Shown piece after piece: positions 63,007 through 64,000 of a DNA stretch of 64,000 nucleotides. A program made the position numbers and the translations under genes. A model generated the notes under the pieces. It saw only the letters and a list, made by a program, of their open reading frames with translations, ran no database searches and was not told the origin of the DNA. The DNA comes from Antedon mediterranea. Taxonomy: Eukaryota > Animalia > Echinodermata. Numbering within the stretch: position 1 is the stretch's first letter; each line of letters opens with the position of its first letter. The DNA lies in NCBI RefSeq assembly GCF_964355755.1, contig NC_092673.1:9486001-9550000 (forward strand). Reading direction: 5' to 3'.

Positions 63007-63639
63007 CTGCAATGATAAATGAGTGCGTCAATGATGCAATATCCCACTCGTATAGTAAATTGACAATATTTTGAACTTATTAATAATTATAATAAAATAA
63101 GGCAACAAATGCATAGACAACAAAAATATGAAGCTGCTGTTATAAATATTCCAAAATTCATTTTCATTTATCCACTATAAACTGTACAATAAATAATAGA
63201 TCAAAGAAAATAATGATAGGAAATTTGCAGAAAGAAGCAAAATTTGCTTTGCTACCGGTATAATTCTCTGTTACTACGGAAATATTATGGACATATACGA
63301 AAATGAAGATAATTGAAAACTACACGGAAAAATAAACCATTTGTGATGCTAAGTAGCTAGTATTATGTTTTTACTGTAATACAGTTTATTAATTTTCAAA
63401 ATTAATCTAGCACAAGCTCGTATTTGGTGTAGACTGCTGTCTGTTGAGTTAAATAAGAGCTCGCCTCTCCTCTCGCAGCGTAGGAATTGTGTACTGTATA
63501 CGTAGTCACATTGTAAATTTATTATTATTATTATTATTAATAAATAATATAAAAAGGGCTAGACTAGACCTAGGCCCCATTATTATTATTATTCATATTA
63601 TTACATTTATTAGGTCCTAACTAGGTAATAATAATAATA

Positions 63640-63900
63640 TTAATACGAATTTGTAATGCGCCAATTCTAGCAGTAAGTGATCAAATGCGCGGTGTATGAG
63701 AGAGCTCAATTTGAAAGAAAAAGATGAGTTTTCAAGGCAGATTTAAAGGCGATAGTAAAAGAACATGATCTAATAGAGGCTGGTAGGTCATTCCATAAGC
63801 TAGAGGCAGCAGAAGTAAAGGTGCTTATGCCATACGTTTTAGTGTTAAAAGTCGGAATGGAAAGGAGATTTTTTGAAGACGACGAGAAGGTATGTGAGGT
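63640..63900 (-). mobile_element. L2 LINE 3' fragment
   Basis: TKTYGISTFTSAASSLWNDLPASIR..FKSALKTHLF. Confidence 0.8.
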
Positions 63901-64000
63901 AGGGGAGGGCCTACCTGTCCTAGAGCAATTAGGCACTGTTATGCTTCATGAATGACAGCGACCCAGTTGCATCATGAAGGTCCATTTCTTACTTCCGTGG

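Overview
AT-rich eukaryotic (metazoan, probably marine invertebrate) genomic DNA with spliceosomal GT-AG introns. Two convergent host genes are present. One is the 3' part of an unidentified coiled-coil protein gene on + (10 phase-consistent exons, 4439-46438, with a 26-kb intron). The other is the last three coding exons of GTF3C5 (TFIIIC subunit 5) on - (63006 to 49615). Most of the rest is nested transposons. Retroelements include a DIRS1 remnant, a CR1/L2-group LINE, an RTE LINE, an intact young Mag-clade Gypsy, a solo LTR, Penelope remnants with hammerhead ribozyme motifs and Deu/Nin-domain tRNA SINEs. DNA elements include a THAP-encoding P element, Academ foldbacks, a CCC-terminal satellite-bearing element and a MULE MITE. 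The most unusual structure is a 9.3-kb self-nested stack of non-autonomous Helentron (HINE-like) elements with co-varying terminal hairpins. All calls were made by eye and no database search was run.
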